From positions 1 to 26,424 of IMG/VR virus record IMGVR_UViG_3300037515_000041: 26,424 bases of DNA; one strand, given 5' to 3'. The first letter of the stretch is position 1. Each line of letters begins with the position of its first letter. The translations under genes and the position numbers were made by a program. The stretch is from a virus (Duplodnaviria > Caudoviricetes). The notes beneath the pieces are model-generated. The model was not told the DNA's origin. It saw nothing but the letters and a program-made list of their open reading frames with translations, and did no database searches. This document shows positions 26,220-26,424 of the stretch, piece after piece.

Positions 26220-26424
26220 AGCGGCTGCACAGTATACACAGCATCATACCAACACTACCGAGCATCTACTCAATCAAGGCTCAGCTAACATACGAGCTAA
26301 TACCTGTGCCAAGCGAGTTTGGTGAGGTTGACATTAGCTACGTGCCATGCACTAACAGTATTAAAGAATTTTGGGTAGCACTACACAGTGAAGCCCAGGA
26401 CAACCGCCACATAGCGCATCAACG
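26207..26424 (+). CDS. Hypothetical protein, runs off the window
   Basis: Not in the track. GGAG at 26195-26198, ATG 26207, frame MHDIKRLHSIHSIIPTLPSIYSIKAQLTYELIPVPSEFGEVD... open to the end. Confidence 0.6.
   Translation, partial: MHDIKRLHSIHSIIPTLPSIYSIKAQLTYELIPVPSEFGEVDISYVPCTNSIKEFWVALHSEAQDNRHIAHQ

Overview
A 26.4-kb piece of a tailed dsDNA bacteriophage with podovirus-type morphogenesis genes, probably infecting a Gram-negative proteobacterium (sigma70 promoters, IHF-like and Fur-like sites, a lipobox gene). One long minus-strand operon runs from 21781 to <1. It contains an apparently imported cassette of surface/lectin-like genes, then scaffold, N4-gp56/DUF4043-type major capsid, decoration, adaptor, short spike, nozzle, short fibre, cupin and ejection proteins, with a P22-like portal embedded among the ejection genes. 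It continues with a 1363-aa polyvalent-like protein ending in a degenerate ADP-ribosyltransferase-like domain, a lysis cassette, and a tail fibre missed by the ORF track. A divergent plus-strand unit encodes an RHH regulator, TerS and TerL. It is followed by a repeat-rich putative terminus/packaging region with tandem Fur-box-like repeats, an early gene, a likely replication origin and further small genes. The most notable signals are the Fur-box-like repeats, the origin architecture, the injected ART-like domain, two receptor-binding proteins sharing an anchor, and the mosaic cassette with a truncated DUF5675-like scar and an internal amber codon. All family assignments come from motif recognition by eye, not from database searches.
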